A stretch of DNA of 64,000 bases from Macrostomum hystrix. Taxonomy: Eukaryota > Animalia > Platyhelminthes. Below the pieces are notes generated by a model. It saw only the letters and a list, made by a program, of their open reading frames with translations, was not told the origin of the DNA and did not search any database. The stretch spans positions 1,550,001 to 1,614,000 of the forward strand of contig CATNEN010000037.1 of NCBI GenBank assembly GCA_950097015.1, given 5' to 3'. Below are positions 1 to 12,324 of this stretch, piece by piece. Within the stretch, counting starts at the first letter, position 1, and every line of letters begins with the position of its first letter. A program made the position numbers and the translations under genes.

Positions 1-430
1 TGTGCTGTGCCAGTACACAAGGCAGGTCAGAAGCTCGCGAAACTCGTCGTACTGCATGATACCATCTTGCGACCGGTCAAGCATGGCCAGCATGATTCTG
101 CAGAGCTCCATAGACCAGGTGACACCGTAGTAGCTGCGAATGTTTGGGTGCTCGTTCAGGATGCGGCAGAGCTCGTGAGCCTGGATACCGCCCAGTGTTG
201 GCGAGGCGTAGCTGTTGAACATTCCTGCGAACTCGTTTTCGTTTTTGAACTGAAAACTCTGAAAAAATAGCGTAGAGAAACACAGGTTAGGCAAGCTAAT
301 TTAGGTTTACATTTAAACGCAATCGAATGAAACTCTCGCTCACCTGCCATGGGTTCACATGCTCGTAGACATTCTGCGCCATATTCTCTCCATAGCTACC
401 GTAGAACTGGCTGTTCTGATGACTCGTCAT
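1..430 (-). CDS. Sorcin/grancalcin-like penta-EF-hand protein, paralogue A (3' part runs off the window)
   Basis: Exon 430-344 (MTSHQNSQFYGSYGENMAQNVYEHVNPWQ, donor GTGAGC), an 85-nt intron, then exon 258-1 (SFQFKNENEFAGMF...WSMELCRIMLAMLDRSQDGIMQYDEFRELLTCLVYWHST). Same exon structure as paralogues B and C. The start codon is uncertain. Confidence 0.8.
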
Positions 431-934
431 CTGCTGCCTGTAGAACTGTTTACCCAGCTAGCTGCTGTGCTACGAAGCGCCTCATGCTGATCGGATGATG
501 GAATGATCTGATCCTTAACACAGAAGACAACTTATCCATAAGGGAAACAAAGAAATGATACTTAACCCAGTTGGGCCAGCAGCCAACGCTTTAAATAAAG
601 GCTTTGTTCAACTGTTCAGTCCATGAACTGGAGAGGCCGCCACCCAAAATTTCCCTGCAAAATGTTATTTCAGCTCTTCAAGAAACTAACCTTGTATACT
701 TGTAATCCGCGTCAGTTGAGTCTTCAGAACTTAGAACTTTTGTTGGTGCTTCAGAACTACTTAATGGTAGATTAAGTCTATGGTTTCAGGCTTGGCGAAG
801 CCACTCGTGACTGTGATCATTATTTAATTCTGAAACCATAGACATAAGCGCATTATCACATAGACTAGCGTTTTCGGTTGATCATTATGTAACGCCATTA
901 AGCCAAGCCATTAAGTAACGCTGCAGTGTCTTCG

Positions 935-2634
935 TGCCATAGATATTGGCAGTGAGCAGGGTCAAGGGAGCGCAGCTCCCTTGCGGGGGTGTGGGGGCAG
1001 AGCCCCGACTAATCGGACTATAGACAATTTTTAGAATACAGTTCTCTAAAAGAAAAGCTCGACCATAAAGTATGTTAGGAAGTTAAGAACTAGAAGCAAG
1101 AAGCGAGAGAAATCGAATTAAAAATGCCACTTATCAACTGGAAAAATCTACCGGTCGACAGTTAGATGGCGTCTCGTCTACTGAACTAGATTTTCTGAGT
1201 GAACTGAGCGCCATGAACCACAGTTCCGATGAAATTCTTGGAGATTTTATCGACTACCTGTCTAAAATCGAGACGGCTGATGAGGCCGCTGCCGTTTCTA
1301 GTGTCGAGCTTCCAGAACTATCTGATTTACCCAGTGCGATGGATGTTGTCGAACTGGAATCACTGACGAGCACTACACAAGAACACATGTTTCTGTATGG
1401 CAAAATGTTCGTGGAGTTTTTGAAGAAGCATTGTGCTGTGGATGTGAGCGAGATCAGTGACAGTCGCTTGGCCGAATTTCTAAGGTTCTTTTACTTCTGT
1501 CTAAAAAAATCTGACGGCAGTTGCTATTCGCCAGCTACGTTGGTCTGCATTCGTGCTGGAGTGCAGAGGTACTTGACTCTCGTGCTGAAGCGTCGAACAA
1601 ATATTATTTCTAGTGACGAGTTCGACACTGCCAACCGGATGCTGCGAGTAAAGGTGCGGCATTTTCATACTGATGGAGGCACTGTCAATCAGCACGAGCC
1701 AATAGAAGAAGGTGATTTACAGAAAATGCGTGCTTATTTTGACCGTTCTACAGCTGAACGGTTGCAAGATGAAGTACTATTTACGCTGCTGTATGTCCTG
1801 CATGGGCGAGAGAGGTCAAGAACACCTGTCAAGTCTAAAGCAAGTTGGCACGCTCCAAGAAGAAGTCGACGCTGATGGGAATCCATATCTTGCGTTGCCA
1901 CCGTTAAAGACAAAAAACCAGAGTAGCGATCCAACAAAATGCTAAGGAAATCAGCGCAAACAGAGTCGGATCTACGGCGCTCAGCGGGAGTTGATCCTGC
2001 ATTTTCAGAGTTTGTTACCGCAGAATTCGTCCTCGTTCTTTCCGCGCCCTCTGACTAACAATTCGGGAGGAAAAATTCGCTTCTCTGCTACGCAAGTACG
2101 CGGTGTCAATTGGTTGGCTGCATTCATGAAGCACGTTAGTATAGTGTGTGCAACCTCTCCAAGCAGTACACGAATCACTGCATCCGCGTCACGCGTATTG
2201 CGGATCTTTTCGACAAAGGAATGCCTATGGGTGAGATAATTGCGGTAACGGGACAACGATCGGAGTCCACTGTTCGACGTTATCTCGCACGCAAGCGTTA
2301 CAGAACCCTCAGGAAAGTTGCTACCGCTGTTAGTGACAATTTGGCCCCACCAACCGAGGCGACTACGAGTGCAACCACTAGTGCAACAGTCATGCAGCAA
2401 GCTCAATTTGACATGCGAAGTGTGCAGCAGCCGATGTTTGCCAACTGCCTCTTCGATGGGTGCACGTTTAATTTCTAACAAAGAATATATAGCTCGTACT
2501 TATAAGTCTTAACTGTCGAAAATTAAATACTTTGGTATTCGTTTGCTTTGCTATATCCTCGATCTGTTTCCTGTTAAAGTTCTTGTTGCTGAAATTAATA
2601 AAAACAGTGAATTTCTCGCTCATAATCTATGGCA
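935..2634 (+). mobile_element. Degenerate Crypton-like tyrosine recombinase element
   Basis: The broken ORF 1213-2478 can be joined across a frameshift near 1800, an in-frame TAA at 1943-1945 and a frameshift near 2145. It gives YSPATLVCIRAGVQRYL, (G)ERGQE, KTKN, YTNHCIRVT, TGQRSES and VRRY, which match the YR R-K-HxxR-H-Y layout with His replaced by Gln. Flanked by inverted 10-mers TGCCATAGAT (935-944) and ATCTATGGCA (2625-2634). Confidence 0.75.
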
Positions 2635-3270
2635 ATTTATCGTGACTTAACAGCTTCATTAAAAATGCATTGAAAAACGATAGTCTATATGATAATGATG
2701 ATGCTTGGATTTCCAATGGCTGCAATACGAGAGATCAAATCGCTTAATATTTATTTATATATTTCACTCAGATATCAGCTGCCCCATTCAGGAAGTCGCC
2801 TAAGGTTTATTGACTAAACGGTGAGGGGCGGTCAATATCTAACTCGAACTGGTTTGAATAATTCATCTCTACATTTGCTATATTTGCTGAGCACATGTAT
2901 TGCTTGCCCATGGAAATGGATCTCGTATTGATCACGATTGAGGCACGATTCTTTTGAGTCTAAACTTCTAAAATAACTGCAAATAAAAATGCCCATTCCT
3001 TATTCTTCCACTTCCAACACTTCCAACAACCACAGCAAGAGCGAGATGCGCTTCTGAATCAAATGTAATGCAGAGGTCCATTTTAGGAAATAAGCTTTCA
3101 ATGACTCAATAAAACTTGTTTTGTCCTGCAGTGTCAATCAAATAAGATTTATTAAACTTTTTTCCGGATGACCACATAAAAACTAAGAATTCTGCTGAGA
3201 TTGCATGCAGCATGCAGTGTGATGTTAAAAACAGTCCGAAATCATTTTATAGTTGAGCTAGCCGGATTGT

Positions 3271-6040
3271 TCACATGCTCATTGTGCACTGAATGAAGTC
3301 ATCGTAAGAAAACTGACAGGTGCCAGTCTCTGTGCAATTGTGCTGCGCCCGGTCACGGGCCCTGAAAGCCTCGGTATAATAGCGTAGGCGAATGGTCAGC
3401 GTGACAAAGTCATCGAATGACAACGAACAGCGGCAATCATATGTGACTCTTGCGTGACGCCTGAGTAGCGTATTCATCGCTTGTGGCGACAGTTGGTAGC
3501 CAAATCTTTGCGTGATGATATTGTGCAGCTCGGGGGCATTAATGTAGCCAGTTTTGTTGCAATCAAACTCCTGGAAGGTGCAGTGCCAGTACAGCAGACA
3601 GGTGAGAAGCTCGCGAAACTCGTCGTACTGCATGATGCCCTCGCGAGCGCAATCAAGCATGGCCAGCATGATTCTGCAGAGCTCCATAGACCAGGTGACA
3701 CGGTAGTAGTTGCGAATGCTCGGTTGCTCGTTCAGGATGCGGCAGAGCTCTTCGGCCTGGATGCCACCCATTGTTGGAGAGGCGTAGCACTGGAACATGC
3801 CGATGAACTCGTTCTCGTTTCTAAATTGAAAAATCTGCACGGAAAGCGGCATGGAAAATTCACTATTTAAGCTTTCTTATTGAAACATTTTAATTCAATG
3901 TTTCTGCTGTGACCTGCAGCAATAGAAGAATTCAACTTCGCACTGGCCCCTAGGCCGTGCTCTGAGATGTGAGCTCACATTAACTCCAAGTTGGATTGAT
4001 GAGAAGAGAAGTAGAAGCAGCGACTCAGCTCGTTCTGTCAATATATATTATAGCCAGAGGACGCATGTACAGCGAGGATAGAGCAGTTTTATAAATGTGT
4101 TTAACCGTTTTCTAAATGTTTTTAACAGTTTCCTAAATGTGTTTAATAGTCTTCTAAACGTGTTTCACAGGTTTCCTAAAGTGTTTAATAGTTTTCTTAG
4201 GTTTCCAAAAGTGTTTATTAGTTTTCAAAATGTGTCCAAGAGTTTTCTAAAAGTGTTTAACAGTTTCCGAAATGTGTCTAAAAGTTTTAAAAATGTGTTT
4301 AACAGTTTTCTAAATGTGTCTAGAAGTTTAAAAAATGTGTTTAACAGTTTTCTTAATGTGTTCAACAGTTGTATCATTGTGTTTAACAGTTTTCTAAATG
4401 CGTTTAACAGGTTTCTAGATGTGTTTCACAAGTTTCTACATGTTTTTTTCAGTTTTCGAAAATCGTTTAACAGTTTTTGAAAATCGTTTAACAGTTTTCT
4501 AATGAGTCTAACAGTTTTCTAAATGTATCTACAGTGCCACATGTAACAGGAAATATTTGTTGCCTCCTGGGCTGAGTGAAATCTTTCTCTGCTATAAACC
4601 TGTTAAAAAGAAAGAGGGGAAATAATTCGATATTTCGTGCTGGGGGTTTGGATGCCTGCAAGTAGCCTCCATTCTGGAATTATGGAGGTTCTCTTCTGTT
4701 TGGGGGAAATTGGTTCTTTGCTGCTGGGGGGACATTGGTTATTTGCTGCTGGGGGGACATTGGTTATTTGCTGCTGACGAAACATCGGTTCTCTGCTGCT
4801 GGGGGGAAATTAGTTCTCTGCTGCTGGGGGGACATTGGTTCTCTGCTACTGGGGGGGATTAGTTCTCTGCTGCTGGGGGGACATTGGTTCTCTGCTGCTG
4901 GGGGGACATTGGTTCTCTGCTGCTGGGGGGACATTGGTTCTCTGCTACTGGGGGGGATTAGTTCTCTGCTGCTGGGGGGACATTGGTTCTCTGCTGCTGG
5001 GGGGACATTGGTTCTCTGCTGCTGGGGGGACATTGGTTCTCTGCTGCTGGGGGGACATTGGTTCTCTGCTGCTGGGGGGACATTGGTTCTCTGCTGCTGG
5101 GGGGACATTGGTTCTCTGCTGCTGGGGGGACATTGGTTCTCTGCTGCTGGGGGGACATTGGTTCTCTGCTGCTGGGGGACATTGGTTCTCTGCTGCTGGG
5201 GGGACATTAGTTCTCTGCTGCTGGGGGGAATTAGTTCTCTGCTGCTGGGGGGAATTAGTTCTCTGCTGCTGGGGGGGAATTAGTTCTCTGCTGCTGGGCG
5301 GAATTAGTTCTCTGCTGCTGGGGGGGGGAATTAGTTCTCTGCTGCTGGGCGGAATTAGTTCTCTGCTGCTGGGGGGGACATTGGTTTTTTACTGCTGAGG
5401 GGATAGTATTCACATGTACCTCAGTAGCATTAAGCTGAGTTGTATCAAACGTAAGTTACTTGTGTAATTTTGCCCTAATGGTGCTCTTGGTGTACATGCC
5501 GGATGTCTCAGTATGTATTCAAGCTCAGACTGGCTATTTTTGTATTTTGTGTGAATTCAAATTCTTGTTGAATCGCAATCACGTATATTCGCAATCAGGG
5601 AAATTATTACTGACGAAATAAGATTTCGTTTTTGTTTGCTTTCAGGTGTGTTTTGTCCTTCTGCATTGCACAATATTTTTTGTCTGACCAGTAGTGCTTC
5701 CCGAAGGGGGGCAAAACTTGCTAGTTGTTAGCTAACTCTGGCTTCGTTAACTCGATTCTAGCTGCGTTAATGTCTAGATTTTTGTTAAATCACAGGATAG
5801 TCAATTTATTCTAAAAACGTATCTTCACACCAAGAGTAGGCTGAACTCAGATCTTTTTTACACTGCAATTGCACGAATTAACGAACTCACCTGCCACGGA
5901 TTGACTTGGCCGTACGCTTTCTGAGTCGTGCACTGCCCATTGCTGCCATAGTACTGGCTGTTCTGGTTCTGGCCCGCCTGGCATGTAGGATTCTGGTACT
6001 GCAGCTGGTTGTTCAGCTGGTTCGGAACGAAGTGCGTCAT
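3271..6040 (-). CDS. Sorcin/grancalcin-like penta-EF-hand protein, paralogue B (237 aa)
   Basis: Exon 6040-5891 is Gln/Tyr/Gly-rich and ends VNPWQ|GTGAGT. Exon 3834-3271 starts after CAG and ends CQFSYDDFIQCTMSM*, resembling the sorcin C-terminus (FPYDDFIQCVMSV). Confidence 0.85.
4097..4525. repeat. Degenerate AT-rich tandem repeat, about 21-bp unit (TGTGTTTAACAGTTTTCTAAA-like)
   Basis: Recurring unit visible by eye, inside the intron of sorcin paralogue B. Confidence 0.8.
4700..5395. repeat. 25-bp minisatellite (CTGCTGCTGGGGGGACATTGGTTCT)
   Basis: Tandem unit; the ORF track shows a 25-aa period (three units). Intronic. Confidence 0.95.
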
Positions 6041-6289
6041 GCTTGACAGACTGTAAAACTCAACTGTCAATTGAGTTTTGAAGTCAGAAGAGACATTAAA
6101 ATGGAAAACTAAATAGATTCAGATTTGAAATGGCAACTTATGAAATTCATACGACTCGTGCCTTGAAGGCTGAATTTATAAAATAGCGTTTATACACATC
6201 TTTTTCATTCGCAAGTTAATTTAAGCATTTTTAAGCGTAACTAATATCTTAAATAACGAATTCTTGAGCAAAATAATAGTGAGAATACT

Positions 6290-6560
6290 AATTATAAGAT
6301 CTGTAGGATCTGCAATCATTTGGTGACAGTAGACCCTCAGCCAGCGAGGAGGCAATTCAGCGCATTCCCATGACTCCTGAGCACACACGCACACAACTAC
6401 CGTGCTTAGGCACACAATCACACAGAGCAGGTGTGTATATGACCTCCGACCTTCTCATGATCGTCAGGCAGTGTACACTCTCAGTCTTGCTGTGCCTTGG
6501 AGGTTGGCCCTCAAAGGCGTAAATTGCACGACAAGCCCCCAAGCCTTTTTCCGCAACCGC
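6290..6560 (-). mobile_element. SINE family A, copy lacking the tRNA-like head
   Basis: Shares CAGCCAGCGAGGAGGCAATTC...GACTCCTGAGCACACACGCACAC...GGAGGTTGGCCCTCAA.GGCGTAAATTGCACGACAAGCCCCCAA with the copy at 45870-46257 and, inverted, with 28593-28950. Confidence 0.8.
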
Positions 6561-7508
6561 GTTCACTGCTCTGCCACCCCTGGTAAAAGAGGTTTTGTGT
6601 TTGCTTACCTTTTTCGCTGGTCCAAGAGCTGAAATTGTCCAAGAGCCGATGAAGTTTTGATGGAAACTTTAAATAGAAACTCGAGCTAAGCAGCCAAGAA
6701 AAAAAGACCATAGACATCAGAGATTGTAATCGAGCTCTGACTGCCAGAAAAACGCACTATTCAATTGCTTTTTTTAATTGCTGGCCCAAATCAAGGACTT
6801 CTAAATAATAACTTCAATATTATCCCTGGACTGATGCTATTGTATAGAAGTCCTTGCCCAAATGCTTCAATAACACTGATTCTAGCTGGTGATTTTTTCC
6901 ATAGACATCGAGTGAGATGCTTTATCGATCGAGCAAAATGAGCATGAGAAGTGCATCAAGCCAAGGAATTCTAATTTCAGTAATTTCTGTGGTTTCAACT
7001 TCACTTTGGATGTGTGCTTGGACTTAAGCAGAAAAATCCACAGATTCTATATTACCCACATTCTATTCTATATTCCACAGGTAATATAGAATCTGTGGAA
7101 AAATCTGTCTTGCTGGAGAGGTTCGTGAAACACCACACCACAATATAACTTACTCTTTATTACACTAAATATAGCCTCTAAAGTGCACACTAATCGTCAC
7201 GATCAGCAGTTTCTGTAGGTAATGTAAAACGTTGCTTAACATACTTTACCTTATATTTACTTGCTTCTGAGTGTAAAACTGAATCAGCTTTTAATTTTAA
7301 CAAAGTATCGGCGCTGTGCATCAAAATATTTATTTCCGCTAGTGATTAGCTTCTGAAGCCAGTTTTTAGACAATAGAACAAAGTTGGTTAACATGTAGGA
7401 AACTTTGTGCCAAGGTGATATAACAAAAAAGAATGAAAATATAGCTAGATCAAGGCCATCGATATGCACAAAGGAAACACAATATTTCAAAAAACTCGGC
7501 TCAAAAAC

Positions 7509-10249
7509 TCAAAGGCTCATTGTGCACTGCAGGAAATCATCGTAGGAAAACTGGCAGGTGCCTGTTTCGCCATTGTGTTGCATCCGGTCGCGGGCGCGGA
7601 AGGCCTCGGTGTAGGTGCGCAAACGCACCGACAGGGTGACGAAGTCGTCGAAGGCTACCAAGCAACGCCCGTCGTCCATGGCCTTTGAGTAGCGTTTGAG
7701 CAGTGTTGTCATAGACTTGGCCGACAGACGGTACAGGAATCGGCTGCTGATGATGTTGTGCAGCTCGTTGGCCTCGATAAAGCCGCTCCGATCCCGGTCG
7801 TACTCCTGGAAGGTGCGGTGCCAGTACAGCAGGCAGGTGAGAAGCTCGCGAAACTCAGCGTATTGCATGACACCATCGCGTGATCTATCTAGCATGGCCA
7901 GCATGATCTTGCACAGTTCCATAGACCAGGTGACCCGGTAGTAGTTGCGAATACTCGGGTGCTCGTTCAGGATTCGGCAGAGCTCTTCGGGCTGGATGCC
8001 GCCCAGTGTTGGCGAGGCGTAGTGCTGAAACATGCCGATGAACTCGTCCTCTGTGTTGAACTGAAAGCTCTGTTGAAGGGCCAAAGGTGCGTTAAAGGGT
8101 CGCCAACAATCGCCAACTCCATGTTTTGTTGTTAAGCAGCTGATGCAATTACTAGAATCTAATTAGAGGGGAGAATTTCTGGGATAGTTTATCGATTGGG
8201 AAGCTAATTTGACGAGTGACTGCATGTATCAATCGTCAGAAACAATATAAGAATTCATAATAATCATTTATGCTCCCGAAGGTAGGCTAAAGTCTCGTTC
8301 ACAAACTGCTATAAAATCACTTGTTTATGCTCCACATTTATTTAACGCACAACTGAATTAAATTTAATGCTAGTCGCATCTTATAGTGGCAGTGCAACTT
8401 TCCAAGTGTAATTTCAATTGTCCAGGCGAGTGTACTCTTCATGGGTTGGAAGCGTATCCTGTCGCATGACTGATAATTAGTGTCATCGTTATCGTTAGTA
8501 CGAATAGCTAAAAATATCTTTGCTGTACATTCTCAATTATCAGCCAATAGCAGGCAGTCAATAAATCCTGGCCATTTCACACAGCCAATCAGAGAGCGCC
8601 AAAATGAAAAGTATCGCCAAGGCTTTCAATCAAATTGACTCATTTCACTTGACCAGACTATTTAATTTACTTAACACCTGGCTCTAAACTTTTACTTGCC
8701 CAGTCGAGGCCAGACAATTAGCAGTAGTGTCGGTGGCCCAAACATACGTATAGGGTTAATATTGATTGACTGACGAGTCTATAGGACAGGACAAAATGGC
8801 TGCGCAGCAAAACCACCCGGAACTGTCAGTTTTGCAGCAACGCGAGGCGGCCCAGCTACTGCGAGCAGAACAGCAGCTGGCCTGCCTGCCGGACGACTAT
8901 TTCCCTTCCAACAGTTTCGAAGGCTCAGCTGCAAGCAGCAGCACACCGCAATGCCGCTGTCATCTGCGACGAACTTCTCTGCGGCAGCCGGCATCGTGGC
9001 CTCCTCAACAGTGGAGCTCGGGCGAGTTCGATATTGACAGCATCAGCTACAGCTGCAGCAGCCTCCTGAGCTTCAACGACTCCACCGATGCCAGCTTTTC
9101 TGCAGTCGACGAAGATCAGCGTCGCCTTAGCCGACTTCGACGTGAGCAGACTCAGCTGAATGGCCTGCTGGTTGACTTGGACGAGCGACTGCTGCGCCTG
9201 CGTCGCCAGGGTGCCGAAGCTGACCAGGCGCGCCTGCTGTTGTCATTGCGTCGAATGTCGGTCGAGAAGCTGCTAAGTGCGGTGGCTAAAAATGCGGACT
9301 CGCAAGCCAAGAAAGTGGCCAGCCTCCTAGAACTCAAGAATAATCCCAAAAGCAACAGCAGTGACAGCGATTTCGACCTTTCAGACGATTGTTGACGCCG
9401 CTGGGCAGGAAACAAGCGAGCAAACAGTTAGCTTATAAAAGCAAAGGGCGCCGCTTTTAAATTGATTTTTGGCTGTCATAGTTTTATCAGCTAAATAAGA
9501 TTTAAACAAAGCTGATATTTTACTCAGGTTTTTTTTGTTTTGCTACTCCGAATACGACTTGTTGCTGTCGTTCGATTAGGCTACTACTTCTAGTAGTAAC
9601 GTACCTTACTGTGAGTAATAATAATTGTTTTGCTTCGAAAAATCCACCTGCTTTGAATTGTAAAATCATTAATAAGCATCTAAAGCGATTACGCTTAAGC
9701 CCTACCCTTTGTAAAGCAGTTCCTGCATTATTTGTTTGTTTTGCAACTTAAAGAAGTCCTAACTCTTATGCTTACAAGCATATTCTCTACCTGTTTTATC
9801 GAACTCTTATCAAACTGTTGTTTTTATATCCCTCTTAGGTTTTTTTATTAATTTTTAAGCATAAAATATTTTAAAGAACTTTTAGATTTTTTTGTTATTA
9901 ATCGCTTTTCTATGAATAATAACAAATTTGTAAGCAGGATTCCAACTAAACCTCCCGAGTTCCTATAATAAACCAAACAATAATTTTAATAAAATTGATT
10001 ACTGAAAAATGGACATAATAATTTGATGACTGACAGTCGTGAAGATCACCAAGAAATAAAATTTGTTATTACATGCCTAAATCACTTAGCACAGAATGCA
10101 CTCACCTGCCAGGGATTCACTTGGCCATAGACATTCTGAGTCATGTTTTGTCCGTAGCCCCCATAGTACTGGCTACCTGGATGGGCCTGCATTTGCTGCT
10201 GATAGACCTGCTGCTGCTGCTGCTGCTGCTTCTGAGGCCAGCCTTGCAT
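7509..10249 (-). CDS. Sorcin/grancalcin-like penta-EF-hand protein, paralogue C (234 aa)
   Basis: Exon 10249-10106 (MQGWPQKQQQ...VYGQVNPWQ|GTGAGT) and exon 8069-7509, with EF loops DRSRDGVMQYAE and DRDRSGFIEANE and the end FSYDDFLQCTMSL*. Confidence 0.88.
8796..9395 (+). CDS. Hypothetical intronless coiled-coil protein (199 aa), nested antisense in the sorcin C intron
   Basis: ATG in AAAATGG context; GC-rich ORF inside AT-rich intron sequence; heptad-like LSRLRREQTQLNGLLVDLDERLLRLRR; two AGCCAAT boxes upstream (8544, 8585). Confidence 0.6.
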   Translation: MAAQQNHPELSVLQQREAAQLLRAEQQLACLPDDYFPSNSFEGSAASSSTPQCRCHLRRTSLRQPASWPPQQWSSGEFDIDSISYSCSSLLSFNDSTDASFSAVDEDQRRLSRLRREQTQLNGLLVDLDERLLRLRRQGAEADQARLLLSLRRMSVEKLLSAVAKNADSQAKKVASLLELKNNPKSNSSDSDFDLSDDC

Positions 10250-10659
10250 GTTTGTTGAAGCCTGGTGCACTATAGGCTGACAACACTATGTATTTTAACC
10301 TGGAGATGTCAAACTAATGTCTCTCTGCTACATTTGCCTCGCTCTTTAACCCTCGCTCGCCAATATAGAAACTCTATGTTGTCATTAGCAACGAGAAGAG
10401 AATATAGGGAGGGGTAAGGTAAAATGAATGTACAGCTAGGAGTATAGAGGATTGAAAGTTGAGAGGACGACTGAAATTAGCTATTGTTAAGAGACCCTAG
10501 CAGTACACTTGCAGTTGTACTTACACCAAGCAAGGCAGTGTACGCTCAGATTACGTGTTTTAGATTCCCAAATATACCACATACAACTGTTAGTTGAACT
10601 CTGTAAAGAAATTGTGTAAAGGTAGATGGCTCCCAGCAGGATTCGTGTTAGGGAACAGT

Positions 10660-12030
10660 AGATGTACTGTGGGATGGGAACAGCTGATGTACTGTGGGAT
10701 GGCAGGATGGGAACAGCTGATGCACTGTGGGATGGCAGGATGGGAACAGCTGATACACTGTAGGATGGCAGGAAGGGAAACAGCTGATGCACTGTGGGAT
10801 GGGAGGATGGGAACAGCTGATGCACTGTCGGATGGGAGGATGGGAACAGCTGATGCACTGTGGGATGGGAGGATGGGAACAGCTGATGCACTGTGGGATG
10901 GGAGGATGGGAACAGCTGATACACTGTGGGATGGGAGGATGGGAACAGCTGATGCACTGTGGGATGGGAGGATGGGAACAGCTGATGCACTGTGGGATGG
11001 GAGGATGGGAACAGCTGATGCACTGTGGGATGGGAGGATGGGAACAGCTGATGCACTGTGGGATGGGAGGATGGGAACAGCTGATGCACTGTGGGATGGG
11101 AGGATGGGAACAGCTGATGCACTGTGGGATGGGAGGATGGGAACAGCTGATGCACTGTGGGATGGCAGGATGGGACAGCTGATGCACTGTGGGATGGCAG
11201 GATGGGAACAGCTGATGCACTGTGGGATGGGAGGATGGGAACAGCTGATGCACTGTGGGATGGCAGGATGGGAACAGCTGATACACTGTGGGATGGGAGG
11301 ATGGGAACAGCTGATGCACTGTGGGATGGGAGGATGGGAACAGCTGATGCACTGTGGGATGGCAGGATGGGACAGCTGATGCACTGTGGGATGGCAGGAT
11401 GGGAACAGCTGATGCACTGTGGGATGGGAGGATGGGAACAGCTGATACACTGTGGGATGGGAGGATGGGAACAGCTGATGCACTGTGGGATGGGAGGATG
11501 GGAACAGCTGATGCACTGTGGGATGGGAGGATGGGAACAGCTGATGCACTGTGGGATGGGAGGATGGGAACAGCTGATGCACTGTGGGATGGGAGGATGG
11601 GAACAGCTGATGCACTGTGGGATGGGAGGATGGGAACAGCTGATGCACTGGATGATGGCAGGATGGGAACAGCTGATGCACTGTGGGATGGGAGGATGGG
11701 AACAGCTGATGCACTGTGGGATGGCAGGATGGGACAGCTGATGCACTGTGGGATGGCAGGATGGGAACAGCTGATGCACTGTGGGATGGCAGGATGGGAA
11801 CAGCTGATACACTGTGGGATGGGAGGATGGGAACAGCTGATGCACTGTGGGATGGGAGGATGGGAACAGCTGATGCACTGTGGGATGGCAGGATGGGACA
11901 GCTGATGCACTGTGGGATGGCAGGATGGGAACAGCTGATGCACTGTGGGATGGCAGGATGGGGACAGCTGATGCACTGTGGGATAGCAGGATGGGGACAG
12001 CTAATGCATTGTAGGATGGGAGGATAAGAT
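10660..12030. repeat. 33-bp minisatellite (GGGATGGGAGGATGGGAACAGCTGATGCACTGT)
   Basis: About 40 tandem units; 11-aa period in the ORF track. Confidence 0.97.
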
Positions 12031-12324
12031 TGGGAACAGCTGATCCTGTGTAAAATCTTGTGTGCCGGAGTTGCAAATGACATCAAAGAGTACGAGGTGC
12101 GAGGACGAGGATAAATAATTCTCTTGCGTATAACAGCAAGTACTTTAAAGTACATAAACGCGTCCATAAAAGACCTCTTTAATTTTCCTCTTAAAATACC
12201 AAAGCAAGTATTTCTTGCCATAGATATTTTGCAGTGAGAAAATATCTATTGAACACGTGAAAAGTAAGTCGTTTAAAATTTCTAGCCATTTGGTTGACCA
12301 ATTGCACATACGGACACATGCGAG

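Noticed and set aside
6708-6909. CCATAGACATC direct repeats as additional Crypton-type ends
   Set aside because: Short CCATAGAY matches are expected a few times by chance in 64 kb, and there is no hairpin or inverted partner nearby.
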